This document shows, piece after piece, positions 53,815 to 64,000 of a stretch of 64,000 nt of DNA (the stretch's first letter is position 1; each line of letters begins with the position of its first letter). The notes under the pieces are model-generated. The model saw only the letters and a list, made by a program, of their open reading frames with translations. It was not told where the DNA came from and ran no database searches. The position numbers and the translations under genes were made by a program. Source of the DNA: Heteronotia binoei (taxonomy: Eukaryota); NCBI RefSeq assembly GCF_032191835.1, contig NC_083226.1:9796001-9860000 (forward strand). Direction: 5' to 3'.

Positions 53815-54575
53815 TTTCATTCAGGGATTTTCCCCAGATGGTCCCCCCGTTAACAGAGCTCCTAAAGACAAAGGGGAGGGGGCCCAATGCAACAAAATCA
53901 GGGGCTAAACTGAACTGGACAGACAGCTGTCAACAAGCCTTTGGCCAGCTGAAAATTCACTTCACTAGTGAGCCGATATTGCTCCACCCAAACAATTTGA
54001 AACCCTTTGTGGTACAATGTGACGCCAGTGACGTAGCCCTCCAACATGATGAGGAGGGCACGCTATGCCCCTCTGAAAGGAATTGGTCTGTGTGGGATAA
54101 GAAAGCCTACACTATAAAATTTGCAATAGAGACATGGAGGCCCTGGCTGGGGGGGACCAGGGTTCCTTTTGAAGTATAGACAGACCATAAAAACTTGGAG
54201 GTGCTCCATGCACACCGAAAACTGATATAACAGATCCGGTGGGTGGGGTTCTTCTCCAAATTTGACTTCATGCTTCAGCAAATCCCTGGATCACATAACT
54301 TCCTAGCTGATGCCTTGTCCCGCCTACCACAACACAAAGGGAGGAGACAACTGCCTCACTATTCGCCCCCTCTCAGCTGAGTGGCGCAGTCATGACACAC
54401 TCCCAGAAAGCACGCCTGCCTGACCAAGAACAGTGGAGGGTGGGGACTGAAAGCCAAAGCAGAGAAGGAATGGGAGGATCGCCCTGCCGAGGTATTTCAA
54501 GGGGAGTGGGGATTCTGGTACAAAGACAATAAACTATATGTTCTGATTGCCCTCCACAAAGAGGTGCTAAGAAGG
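53815..54575 (+). mobile_element. Chromovirus-type Gypsy pol fragment (RT end-RNase H)
   Basis: PLTELLK...FVVQCDASD...WRPWLGGTRVPFEV*TDHKNL...LADALSRLP; diverged homologue of 45493-46122. Confidence 0.85.
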
Positions 54576-55479
54576 TACAGGTGTCGGTACTTCCTGGCTC
54601 CTACTTTTTAGTGACTTCTCAAAACTGCAGCATTCGTGAACCCTTGGGGTTTGCACCATGCCATTATAAAGATTGATAAATATGAATTATGAGGGAGAAT
54701 TACTATAATATTCTCAACCACACACTTGGGAGACCTTTATATTACTTTGTGTACTCCTTTCAGTCAGTCCTTAGCTCTACACTGCACTTCCACGTTAGGT
54801 GGGTAACATTTGGAGACTGGGACAGAAGGCCTAAAGGATTCAACAAAGTCAAGGGGATAAAGTTCCCGTTATTCTTACCCTTAGTGACTCTGAGACTGCC
54901 CCGACCAGCCGCTTTGCGCCACTTATGACAGGTCATTCTCATTTCCTGCCAGCATTTCTGGATCGGATTCCCCGTCTGAGCTCCACACCATGGAAGTGTC
55001 TTCCTCTCGCTCACTCGCCGCCACCACCTTGCCCCTGGAGTGCTTTTGTCCTCTTGAATCTTCCTTCTTGAACTTGGGAGCGCTGGCTGTCTTTGGAGTG
55101 AGGGCAGGGGGCATCAAGGTTCCTCAGGGCATTCGCTGGCTAGATGCCCCATGGCGTTGCACCAGTAGCATTGACTCCTAGGCTGAGGTTTCTCTTTGCC
55201 CTGGGTGCTCGTGGGTTTCTTCACCTCTCCTTTTGCCCCTGAGACTCATGTCCCCCCTTACCCCCTTGCTGCTGCAGCCATTGGAGTGCCACATGCTGCA
55301 TGCAGGTCTCCACTTCACACACCAGCTGAATCCTCCCCACTGGAGACAAGATGGCGATGATGTTAGGGCTCCGAAATTGTTAGGTGTTGGGGCTCCGAAA
55401 TTAACAGCATTATATCTGTTCTGGTCTGTTCCCACTACAACCTAAACTGGGCTTGCTGATATGTTGCTGGGAGAAGGTG

Positions 55480-56700
55480 CAGTCCCTTAACCCCTCGAAA
55501 TACAAAAGAAACACTGCTTACCAGCTGGGCTGCTCGGCGGCGCAGAGGACGGCACAGCTGTGAGCCGCGGGCTGGAGTGCAGGATGGCTGGAATGGAAGG
55601 TGGCATGTTGTGAGATTGGTGGGTGCTGGTGAGAGACCGGAGGATGGTGGCAGAGGCCAAACTAGCGGGCGGAGTGCTGGAGCGGAGTGCCGAAGCGGCT
55701 TGGAGGCTGCTGGCGGGACGACGGTTCTCCTCCCCAGCTTTCTCCCGGTGCTGCTGTCATTCCCAGTGGGGCTGGAAGACAAGCTGGGTCTATCTGGGAC
55801 AACCGGGCCGTGAGTGGAAGGCTGGGAGGTTGGGAAGGGCCAGCAACAGGTGGAGTGCCGGAGTGGCTGGAAGACTGCCTGGTGGGGCTGTGAAACTCAC
55901 AGGCGGCTGCGAGACGCTTGTGGTCAACTGAGTGTTTGAAGGGCTTGGCTGCACGGCAGGGGGAACACGGGGTGGTTTCCACCCCTCCGGGTCCCCTAGG
56001 CAGTGTAGGGGCCGCCTGGAGTTCGGACAGCACTATTGCACTTTGAGAATGCCCACACTCTGAATACACTCTGCACTTTGAGAACGTCCACGCTCTAAGC
56101 ACACTCTGCACTTTAAGTACTGCAGCGCTTTTACCCAGTACCTTTTTAACTCTAACCTGATCTTCACTGCTAATGTATCAAGATTGAACTGCTGACTGCT
56201 AAATGAATTGTTAATGAAATTTTATTGGTTAATTGATTTGGATTACTGATTAATTGACTGGCTATTTGATGAATCTTATATCTTTGGCAAATTAATTGGG
56301 AAGGGTAATCGATTGGGAGGGGTTTTTTACAATTAAGAAACCAGTAGAATTAATTAAATTTTTAGCTAATGAATTAAAGGGAAGATTATGGGGTGGGGTC
56401 TTTTAGATTAAATTAACTATTAGATAAATTATTAGCAGGGTAGCCTAAATTGAGAATTGATTGATCGGCGTGAGAAGAGAGGGTTGGGGAGTGGAGTAGG
56501 GTGGTGAACTGGGCCTATCTATAACAGGTCTGAGGCTGTGGCGGAGACTGGCAGGGGATGACCAGCCTGGGGATTCCAGTACTCCTGGGGAGGGGAAGGT
56601 ATGACGGTGGGAACAGACAGAATTATAAGGGAAGGAAGGCCGAGACATGATAGTGCTCGGCCCCCTTCCAGCCTGTGTCCCATCCCGACGGTGCCACATT
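55480..56700 (+). mobile_element. Probable 5' region of an L2-type LINE (GC-rich leader, AT-rich spacer, ORF2 N-terminal tip)
   Basis: IPVLLGRGRYDGG at ~56572-56612 resembles the squamate L2 pre-endonuclease segment as I recall it; truncated at the duplication breakpoint. Confidence 0.35.
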
Positions 56701-56717
56701 CTGGCACCATGTTCTAA

Positions 56718-57815
56718 TATTCATCTTAATCCTGGATTCCTTGGAATTCCATCTTTGCTGCCAAATTCCTCTCTTCCAAGGATAGTGTGTCTCTTATCCT
56801 ATGTTAGTGTCACCACCATCAAAGGGTCCATAGCCTCATGGATGACTTGGGGAAAGTCTGGGGTATCCCAGCCAGGGGTGGAATTCTAGCAGGAGCTCCT
56901 TTGCATATTAGGTTGCACACCCCTGATGTAGCTCTCATTGACACTGTAATGGCTAATGAGTGTAACCTCTCAAATACAATAGAGATAATATCCCAGAGGA
57001 TTTAGAAACTTGTTTACAGTGTTTCGTGCTTTGTAAATGCCATATAAAAGAAGGGTATTGTGGCAAAATTCTGTCCTTTGGAATGGAATCCAACAGCTCA
57101 CCTCCACGTAAGAAATCTGTTTTCTATATTCCTTCTTGATTCAAAAATGATGTGGCCTCTGTTTCACTAGTGGTTTGTATGAATGTCATGCCAAAAGGCA
57201 CTCTATATGCTTGGTAGCTGAATACTTCCCTTGCATGCAAAAGGCTCCAGCTTCTTTTCCTGGCACCATCAGTTCAGAGAGCTCTTAATTAGTGGGGCTG
57301 AGAAGACCTCCACAAATGACTTAGGAGAACTGCCGCAGCAGTCTGGAATAGACAACATTCAGAAGATGGATTCTTATTCAAAGACAGATTCAGAGAGGAT
57401 CTCAGGTTAATAGTCCAGAATGGCAGGAGATGATTTCCTAATGCATTCAGTCTTGGGCCATTCAGGGCTGCCCAGAGCCACTGTGGGCCCCAGGACAGAG
57501 ATTCCATCTGCCTCCTTTGACCCTGATCCAAAATCAAAAGCATAACATATTGAATTTCTAGGCTTCCTCATACTGTGACCATTGATGTCTCCATGTGTCC
57601 ATGGCACCTTTCAGATGTGGGCATGACAACCATGTCCTCTTAGGATGCAGATGTCTGACCACCAGAGCAAAAGCAGGAAGAGATATCTTCAGACTCCTTT
57701 AGTGATATGTCTTCTGGATCAACATCATAAGCTCATTCATTTTACTTTTTTGCCACTGAGTTGGTACCTTATCATCACCATGAATTAATAAGCTGTCACT
57801 CCAAAGAGAGGCATT
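56718..57815 (+). repeat. Duplicated copy of 47627-49281 lacking ~47840-48394
   Basis: 56718-56930 is ~95% identical to 47627-47839; it then jumps at AGC microhomology into the ~99% identical tract. Confidence 0.92.
57083..57107 (+). CDS. Predicted 25-nt coding exon 1 of OR-f (MESNSSPP+)
   Basis: Identical to 48548-48572; donor GTAAGA at 57108; in frame with acceptor 59914-59915. Confidence 0.62.
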
Positions 57816-58393
57816 ATGATTATAGGATAGAGGAGACTTGCCTGGGTGGTAGTCTGTGTGAAAAGGATGTAGGGGTCTTAGTGGACCATACGCTGAACAT
57901 GAGTCAACAGTGTGATGTGGTGGCTAAAAAGGCAAATGCAATTTTGGGCTGTATCAACAGAAGTATAGTGTCCAGATCACATGAAGTGATGATGGTATCG
58001 CTTTACTCTGCTCTGGTAAGACCTCACCTGGAGTATTGTGTTCAGTTTTGGACACCACATTTTAAGAAGGATATAGACAAGCTGGAACGGGTCCAGAGGA
58101 GGGCAACGAAGATGGTGAGGGGTCTGGAGACCAAGTCCTATGAGGAAAGGCTGAAGGAGCTGGGCATGTTTAGCTAGGAGAGGAGGTTGCTGAGAGGTGA
58201 TATGATCACCATCTTCAAGTACTTGAAGGGTTGTCCTATAGAAGATGGTGTGGAATTGTTTTCTGTGACCCCAGGAGGTAGGACCAGAACCAATGGGTTG
58301 CGATTAAATCAAAAGAGTTTCCGGCTCAACATTAGAAAGAACTTCCTGACAGTCAGAGCAGTTCCTCAGTGGAATAGGCTTCCTCGGGAGGTT
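57816..58393 (+). mobile_element. CR1 LINE 3' fragment
   Basis: [39 protein letters not shown]. Confidence 0.9.
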
Positions 58394-58514
58394 TGAGATT
58401 GGGGCCTGTCTGTGGGCAAGGAAATGTTTGCCCCACAGCACTCATGAAAGAGAACCGTCATTATTGCTGATGATGTATTGAATGTTTTTGAGTTTAGAGT
58501 GGTACGTAACCTAG

Positions 58515-58885
58515 ACAACATGATCACTGGACCTAAAAATATCAGCTACACCATCTCAGGCTCATTTAGTTGTTCATTTTCTAACATTGTATATGCCATT
58601 AAATGCCAACAATACCCTTCAGTTCTCTACATAGGGCAAAGTGGTCACACTCTACGCCTAAACGGGCACAAATCTGATATAAAAAAACACAAAACTGAGA
58701 AACCTGTAGAACATTTCAGCCTCCTAGGACATTCAGTTCGGGACCTCGGAGTAGCTGTTTTATTGAAAAAGGAATTTCAGAAAGATTAGAATGAGAGATT
58801 GCTGAATTACAATACTCATGACAATGGAACCCCCCCCCCCGGGGCTTAAAAGAAATACTGGGTTCTTATCTCACTTCGCATGCTA
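58515..58885 (+). mobile_element. Penelope-like GIY-YIG endonuclease C-terminal fragment
   Basis: ITGPKNISYTISGSFSCSFSNIVYAIKCQQYPSVLYIGQSG..L...GHKSDIKKHKTEKPV.HFSL.GHSV.DL.VAVL. Confidence 0.85.
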
Positions 58886-59104
58886 AGTCACTCAGTTCTC
58901 ACATCTGCTCATTAACTCTTTTATTATCTGCAAGCTAATGTGCTGCTATTCACAGGTCTTGCTGACTGCATTAATCCAATCTTAGCTACACTCATTGCTC
59001 AAATCAAATGGACAGCTCTACGGCACCATGGGAGGCATATTTATACTTATTAAATTAAAACCTTATTAAATCTAATTAAAATGAGTTTTATCTATATTTT
59101 AAAT

Positions 59105-59470
59105 ATTATAATAATTACATATAAATTGATGACCTCTTTGTAATATTTTTATCCAAACATGGAGTTTGTCAACAGGGGGAATGCCACATGTTCATACATT
59201 CAATTTGGTCCTTGTTATAAATTGAACAATATTCCATTTTGGGATGTTCGGATATATAAAAATAATTCGTGTGATCTGACGTCAGACCTTGGGTTAAATA
59301 AGCCAGCTGTTGAAAAAGAATAAAAATCATTCCAGGATAAAATTGAAGGGCATTTAAACCTATGGACAGGAAGGCATTGGAACAATTATTACATTGGAAG
59401 AATTATTATCAAATATATCTTTTAAAAGAATTTACCTTGCAATCAGCTTTTATGGCTGCAAAGTAAGTAT
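59105..59470 (+). mobile_element. Very degenerate Penelope-like RT remnant
   Basis: IDDLFVIF, NIPFWDVRIYK...L.SDL, KNLPCNQLL. Confidence 0.45.
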
Positions 59471-59926
59471 AAGTGGGGGAAATGTTCCCAACATAAAGTA
59501 GTGGTTCTCAATCAACAGCTCCTGGAGAGCCATTCCAGGGATTTCCATCAACCAAAAGAGCTACATTTACTTCCATTCGAGGCATGAGGACTATATCTTA
59601 GGGATGTTCACAGCTTAGCCATTCCTTAACAGTGGATACTCAGGTTGGTAATCATCTGCTAGCCACAAGGTCTAACACGCAAGAGACTTGCCCATTTGCC
59701 AGAAACATGGGGCTGGCACCACAAAGGGCAACAGTTTTTTTCTCTTTTGTTTAATTTAAATGTTTATTGATTTTCAGGCAACAGTTTTCTGAAGAGTTAC
59801 TGGTAGTATGTCCGAGAACCACAAATGTCTCTCAAGCTACGAGAATCACTGGTATAAAGTATCAGTTGACAGGCACTGTTTCAATTTTGTAAGAGTCTAA
59901 TAGGTTTCATTCCAGATGCTACATCA

Positions 59927-60871
59927 ATGGAACAAGGAAATCAAAGCATGGTGACAGAATTCATCTTGATTGGATTTTCCAGTTTCCCAGACCTGCAGGT
60001 CCCTCTGTTTGTGGTGTTCTCCATCATGTACTTGGCCATTTTGGCTGGAAATATCATCATTATTGCTACAATAAGGCGCGAGTCCAGCCTCCACATCCCC
60101 ATGTATTTCTTCCTTGCCATGCTCTCCAGTTCAGAAACCTGCTACACTTGCACCATCATCCCCAATATGCTTGTAAATCTTCTAAAAGAGAAAGCAACTA
60201 TTTCATTCATCGGTTGCACTGTTCAGATGTATACATTCTTGGGCTTTGCATGTACAAATTGTCTGCTTCTCGTAGTGATGGGATATGACCGATATGCTTG
60301 CATATGTAAACCTTTACGTTATCCAGTTTTGATGGATCAGAGACTCTGTACTAAACTGGTGGTCTTTTCAGCAATAGGTGGTTTTTTAATTTCAGAAATC
60401 TATTCATTTTCTGTGTTTTCCTTGCCGTACTGTGGACCAAATAAAATAAATCATTTCCTTTGTGATATAGCACCTTTGCTTGAGCTGGCCTGTGCCCGAA
60501 ATTATATAGGAGAAATTCTCATTTTTCTTTTTTCTTTTTTAGTGATAGTTTTCTCATTTCTCCTGATCCTCCTTTCATATATTCTAATCTTAAATACAGT
60601 CCTGAAAATCCCCACAGCAGAGGGCAAGCGCAAGGCCTTTTCAACTTGCTCCTCTCATCTCATTGTTGTGGTTGTGCATTTTGGATGTGCTTCCATTGTT
60701 TACCTGAGGCCCCGATCCAGAAACGCTTTGAATGAGGACATGTTTATCTCTGTCACATACACCCTGGTGACTCCATTGCTGAATCCTGTCGTTTACAGCC
60801 TGAGGAACAAGGATGTCCAAGCAGCACTCAAAAAATCCCTGGGCAGAAGCGCATGTGAACGGAAGATGTGA
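59927..60871 (+). CDS. Olfactory receptor, class II, OR10-family-like (OR-f), main exon 314 aa (326 aa if spliced)
   Basis: OR motifs (NQS, PMYFFL, MGYDRY, KAFSTCSSHL, PLLNPVVYSLRN); acceptor tttcattccAG 59914-59915. Confidence 0.95.
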   Translation: MEQGNQSMVTEFILIGFSSFPDLQVPLFVVFSIMYLAILAGNIIIIATIRRESSLHIPMYFFLAMLSSSETCYTCTIIPNMLVNLLKEKATISFIGCTVQMYTFLGFACTNCLLLVVMGYDRYACICKPLRYPVLMDQRLCTKLVVFSAIGGFLISEIYSFSVFSLPYCGPNKINHFLCDIAPLLELACARNYIGEILIFLFSFLVIVFSFLLILLSYILILNTVLKIPTAEGKRKAFSTCSSHLIVVVVHFGCASIVYLRPRSRNALNEDMFISVTYTLVTPLLNPVVYSLRNKDVQAALKKSLGRSACERKM

Positions 60872-61103
60872 GAAGTACTTATGTCTCATCATAAGTTTTG
60901 ATTCCTGGGTAAACGACAAATTATCGCCTTTAAAAAGTTGTACAGTGCTGTCCACCACTTAACATTTGTTACAGTATGGAAGAAGAATCTTCTTTTAGAA
61001 AAACTTGTTATTTACAGTATTTCTGATATAGGTTCAGAATAACATATGCATAATATCTCAACAATTGTGTGGATATATTTTGTAGAACAAAACATTTCAA
61101 ACT

Positions 61104-61698
61104 GGAGAGCCAGTTTGGTGTAGTGGTTAAGTGTGTGGACTCTTATCTGGGAGAACTGGGTTTGATTCCCCACTCCCCCACTTGCATCTGCTGAAATGGC
61201 CTTGGGTCAGCCATAGCTCTGGCAGAAGTTGTCCTTGAGAGCCCTCTCCAGCCCCACCCACCTCACAGGGTGTTTGTTGTGGGGGAGGAAGGTAAAGGAG
61301 ATTGTGAGCCGCTCTGAGACTCTGTCCTTGAAAGGGCAGCTGCTGTGAGAGCCCTCTCAGCCCCACCCACCTCACAGGGTGTCTGTTGTGGGGGAGGAAG
61401 GGAAACGAGATTGTGAGCCACTCTGAGACTCTGTCCTTGAAGGGGCAGCTGCTGTGAGAGCCCTCTCAGCCCCTCCTACCTCACAGGGTGTCTGTTGTGG
61501 GGGAGGAAGGGAAAGGAGATTGTAGGCCGCTCTGAGACTCTGTCCTTGAAAGGGCAGCTGCTGTGAGAGCCCTCTCCAGCCCCACCCACCTCACAGGGTG
61601 TCTGTTGTGGGGGAGGAAGGTAAAGGAGATTGTGAGCCACTCTGAGACTCTTCGGAGTGGAGGGCGGGATATAAATCCAATATCTTCTTATTATTATT
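61104..61698 (+). repeat. tRNA-SINE with ~4 internal units
   Basis: Head gagccagtttggtgtagtggttaag, 109-bp units, tail ggatataaatccaatatcttc. Confidence 0.88.
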
Positions 61699-61819
61699 AA
61701 CATAGTACATGAGATTTCATTATATATACTAATTAAAGTATACATATCAGAGCAGTGGTATAAAACTATAGTTGGTTGGTAGTGCTACATTTGAATAGTT
61801 TCAAGGAGGAGCAGGGCAG

Positions 61820-62038
61820 TTGGTTTTATACCCCGGTTTTCATTCCTCGAGGGAGTCTCGAAGTGGCTTCCAATCCCTTTTCCCTTCCTCTCCCCATGAC
61901 CAACACCATGTGAGGTAGGCGGAGCTCCGAGAGAACTGTGACTGACCGAAGGTCACCTGGTGGAGGAGGAGTGGGGAATCAAACCTGATTCTCCAGATTA
62001 GAGTCCGTTACTCTTAACCACTACACCGCAGCTGGCTC
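61820..62038 (-). mobile_element. Related tRNA-SINE (different subfamily)
   Basis: cttaaccactacacc head, gtggggaatcaaacc B-box region, ttttataccccg tail. Confidence 0.65.
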
Positions 62039-62687
62039 TGGCCACATAGCGTAGAAAAGGTAACTATTGGAAGAGAAATGTAGATTGATAAAGTGGATTC
62101 TCCATAGCTAACACCTGATCTAATTTTTTTCCATAATAAAGTAATCCTTCTCAATTTTTTTGCACCACTGCAAAGGTGTTGGTACTTCTTTTGTTTTTTA
62201 TTTGGTCACAATTGAAGCTTCGGCTGCAGCAAGTAGAAACATAATCAAATCCTTTCTTATTCCTCTGGATCTTCCCACAAACAAATATACAGAATATTTA
62301 TTTGGCACAGAGAATATTTAGTAAATTTAAATCTCTCATTCGCACAGCAGAGCTACTGAGCCAAGTCTCTCTTCCTTCTACTGGCTGAGGCTCCTTCCCC
62401 TCCTCATCCCCGGGGGAGAGAGGGAAAGAGCCAGAGCTTCCTTTGCTCAGTTCCTTTGATCCCATGAGAGAGCTACAAAGAAAGCACTTTTTTTAAAAGC
62501 ACCTCTGTGTCCTTTATAAAGTTTGTATCTCTGCTTCCTGGCATTATATTTTATGACACGCATGGTCCAACCCAACAAGATCTCATTTATGTCAGATCTG
62601 ACCCTCAAGTTCGACACCCCTGCTCTATCATGTCACCTCTCAACTGTCGTTTCTCCATGCTGAAGAGCCCTCTTTACGCTTTCTTCA

Positions 62688-63413
62688 AAGAAGAAGAAGA
62701 AGAAGATATTGGATTTATATCCCGCCCTCCACTCCGAAGAGTCTCAGAGCGGCTCACAATCTCCTTTACCTTCCTCCCCCCCACAATAGACACCCTGTGA
62801 GGTAGGAGGGGCTGAGAGGGCTCTCCCAGCAGCTGCCCTTCCAAGGACAGAGTCTCAGAGCGGCCTACACATCTCCTTTCCCTTCTCCCACAGCAGACAC
62901 CCTGTGAGGTGGGTGGGGCTGAGAGGGCTCTCACAGCAGCTGCCCTTTCAAGGACAGAGTCTCAGAGCGGCCCATAATCTCCTTTACCTTCCTCCCCCAC
63001 AACAGACACCCTGTGAGGTGGGTGGGGCTGGAGAGGGCTCTCACAGCAGCTGCCCTTTCAAGGACAGAGTCTCAGAGCGGCCTACACATCTCCTTTCCCT
63101 TCCTCTCCCACAGCAGACACCCTGTGAGGTGGGTGGGGCTGGAGAGGGCTCTCACAGCAGCTGCCCTTTCAAGGACAGAGTCTCAGAGCGGCCCACAATC
63201 TCCTTTACCTTCCTCCCCCACAACAAACACCCTGTGAGGTGGGTGGGGCTGGAGAGGGCTCTCACAGCAGCTGCCCTTTCAAGGACAACCTCTGTGATAA
63301 CTATGGCTGACCCAAGGCCATTCCAGCAGCTGCAAGTGGAGGAGCGGGGAATCAAACCCGGTTCTCCCTGATAAGAGTCCGCGCACTTAACCACTACACC
63401 AAACTGGCTCTCC
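62688..63413 (-). repeat. tRNA-SINE with ~5 internal units
   Basis: Head at 63413 on the minus strand, 109-110-bp units, (GAA)n tail at 62688. Confidence 0.88.
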
Positions 63414-64000
63414 AAGGGAGAGTTCCATCCCCTTAATCATTTTAGTTGCCCTTTTCTGCACCTTTTCCAAGGCTATAAAAATTTTTAGGTGCAGTGACCA
63501 GGATGGTACACGGTATTCCAAATGAGGCCGCACAATGCAAGAGGAGGGTTCAAAACCGGGTTTTCTTGATCCTACTCATACAATAGCTACACTAATACTA
63601 GAATCCAAGTCTTCTACAGCTAACCAACATACTTAAGAGGCAGGTTCCCTAAGAACACAAGAGAAGCAGGGAATGCTCTGGAATCAAGGTGACTCCAGAT
63701 TTAGTACAGAGTCAAATAAGACTCATGTTCAAACCGACTAAAAGCCCTATGGTACCTGAAGGAGATATCAAATCATAACATTTAAAAAGAGAGGACATTC
63801 ACAAGCAGGCTACAAATGATCCAAAGAGTTGTTCGGTCTGGCAAGGCGGAGCCTTGCAAATGCCTGCTAACAGTGTTTGCTACCTGATCTATTAATAAAG
63901 CTTTTTCTGCCTACACACAAGGAGTCTTACGATAGCATCTGGGCAAAACCTTACAGATTTGCTGCTGGGTATGGCGGGGGGATTGCTTCACCAGCTTACT

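Noticed and set aside
48754-57607. Near-identical 84-aa and identical 66-aa ORF pairs (48754/57289, 48872/57407)
   Set aside because: A consequence of the recent non-coding duplication; no protein features.

Overview
Vertebrate genomic DNA. The repeat content (Sauria SINE, BovB, CR1, L2, Penelope-like elements, many hAT MITEs) points to a squamate, probably a gecko; this is inference. The window is a tandem, same-strand (+) cluster of class II olfactory receptor genes of the OR10 family. It has six intact ORFs (OR-a 5012, OR-b 14834, OR-c 22351, OR-d 37230, OR-e 51217, OR-f 59927) and one isolated internal OR fragment (~47981-48160), set in dense transposon debris. That debris includes a full-length but inactivated 4.66-kb Mag-like Gypsy element, chromovirus-type Gypsy pieces and solo LTRs, and a tRNA-SINE with an internal 109-bp minisatellite. 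Main discovery: four of the ORs (c-f) appear to have a split coding sequence. A conserved 25-nt coding mini-exon (ATG GAA TCC...C|GTAAG) lies 2.6-6.5 kb upstream and splices in frame to an acceptor exactly 11 nt before the conventional ATG, adding 12 aa. In the OR-a/OR-b lineage the 11-nt leader carries an in-frame TAA, and the OR-b copy of the mini-exon has lost both its ATG and its donor. The promoter/exon-1 block of OR-e and OR-f is ~99% identical although the receptors are only ~78% identical. The window also holds five minimal hammerhead-ribozyme motifs in Penelope-like repeats (two with intact GUC-type cores) and several fold-back or templated rearrangements. All counts are manual.
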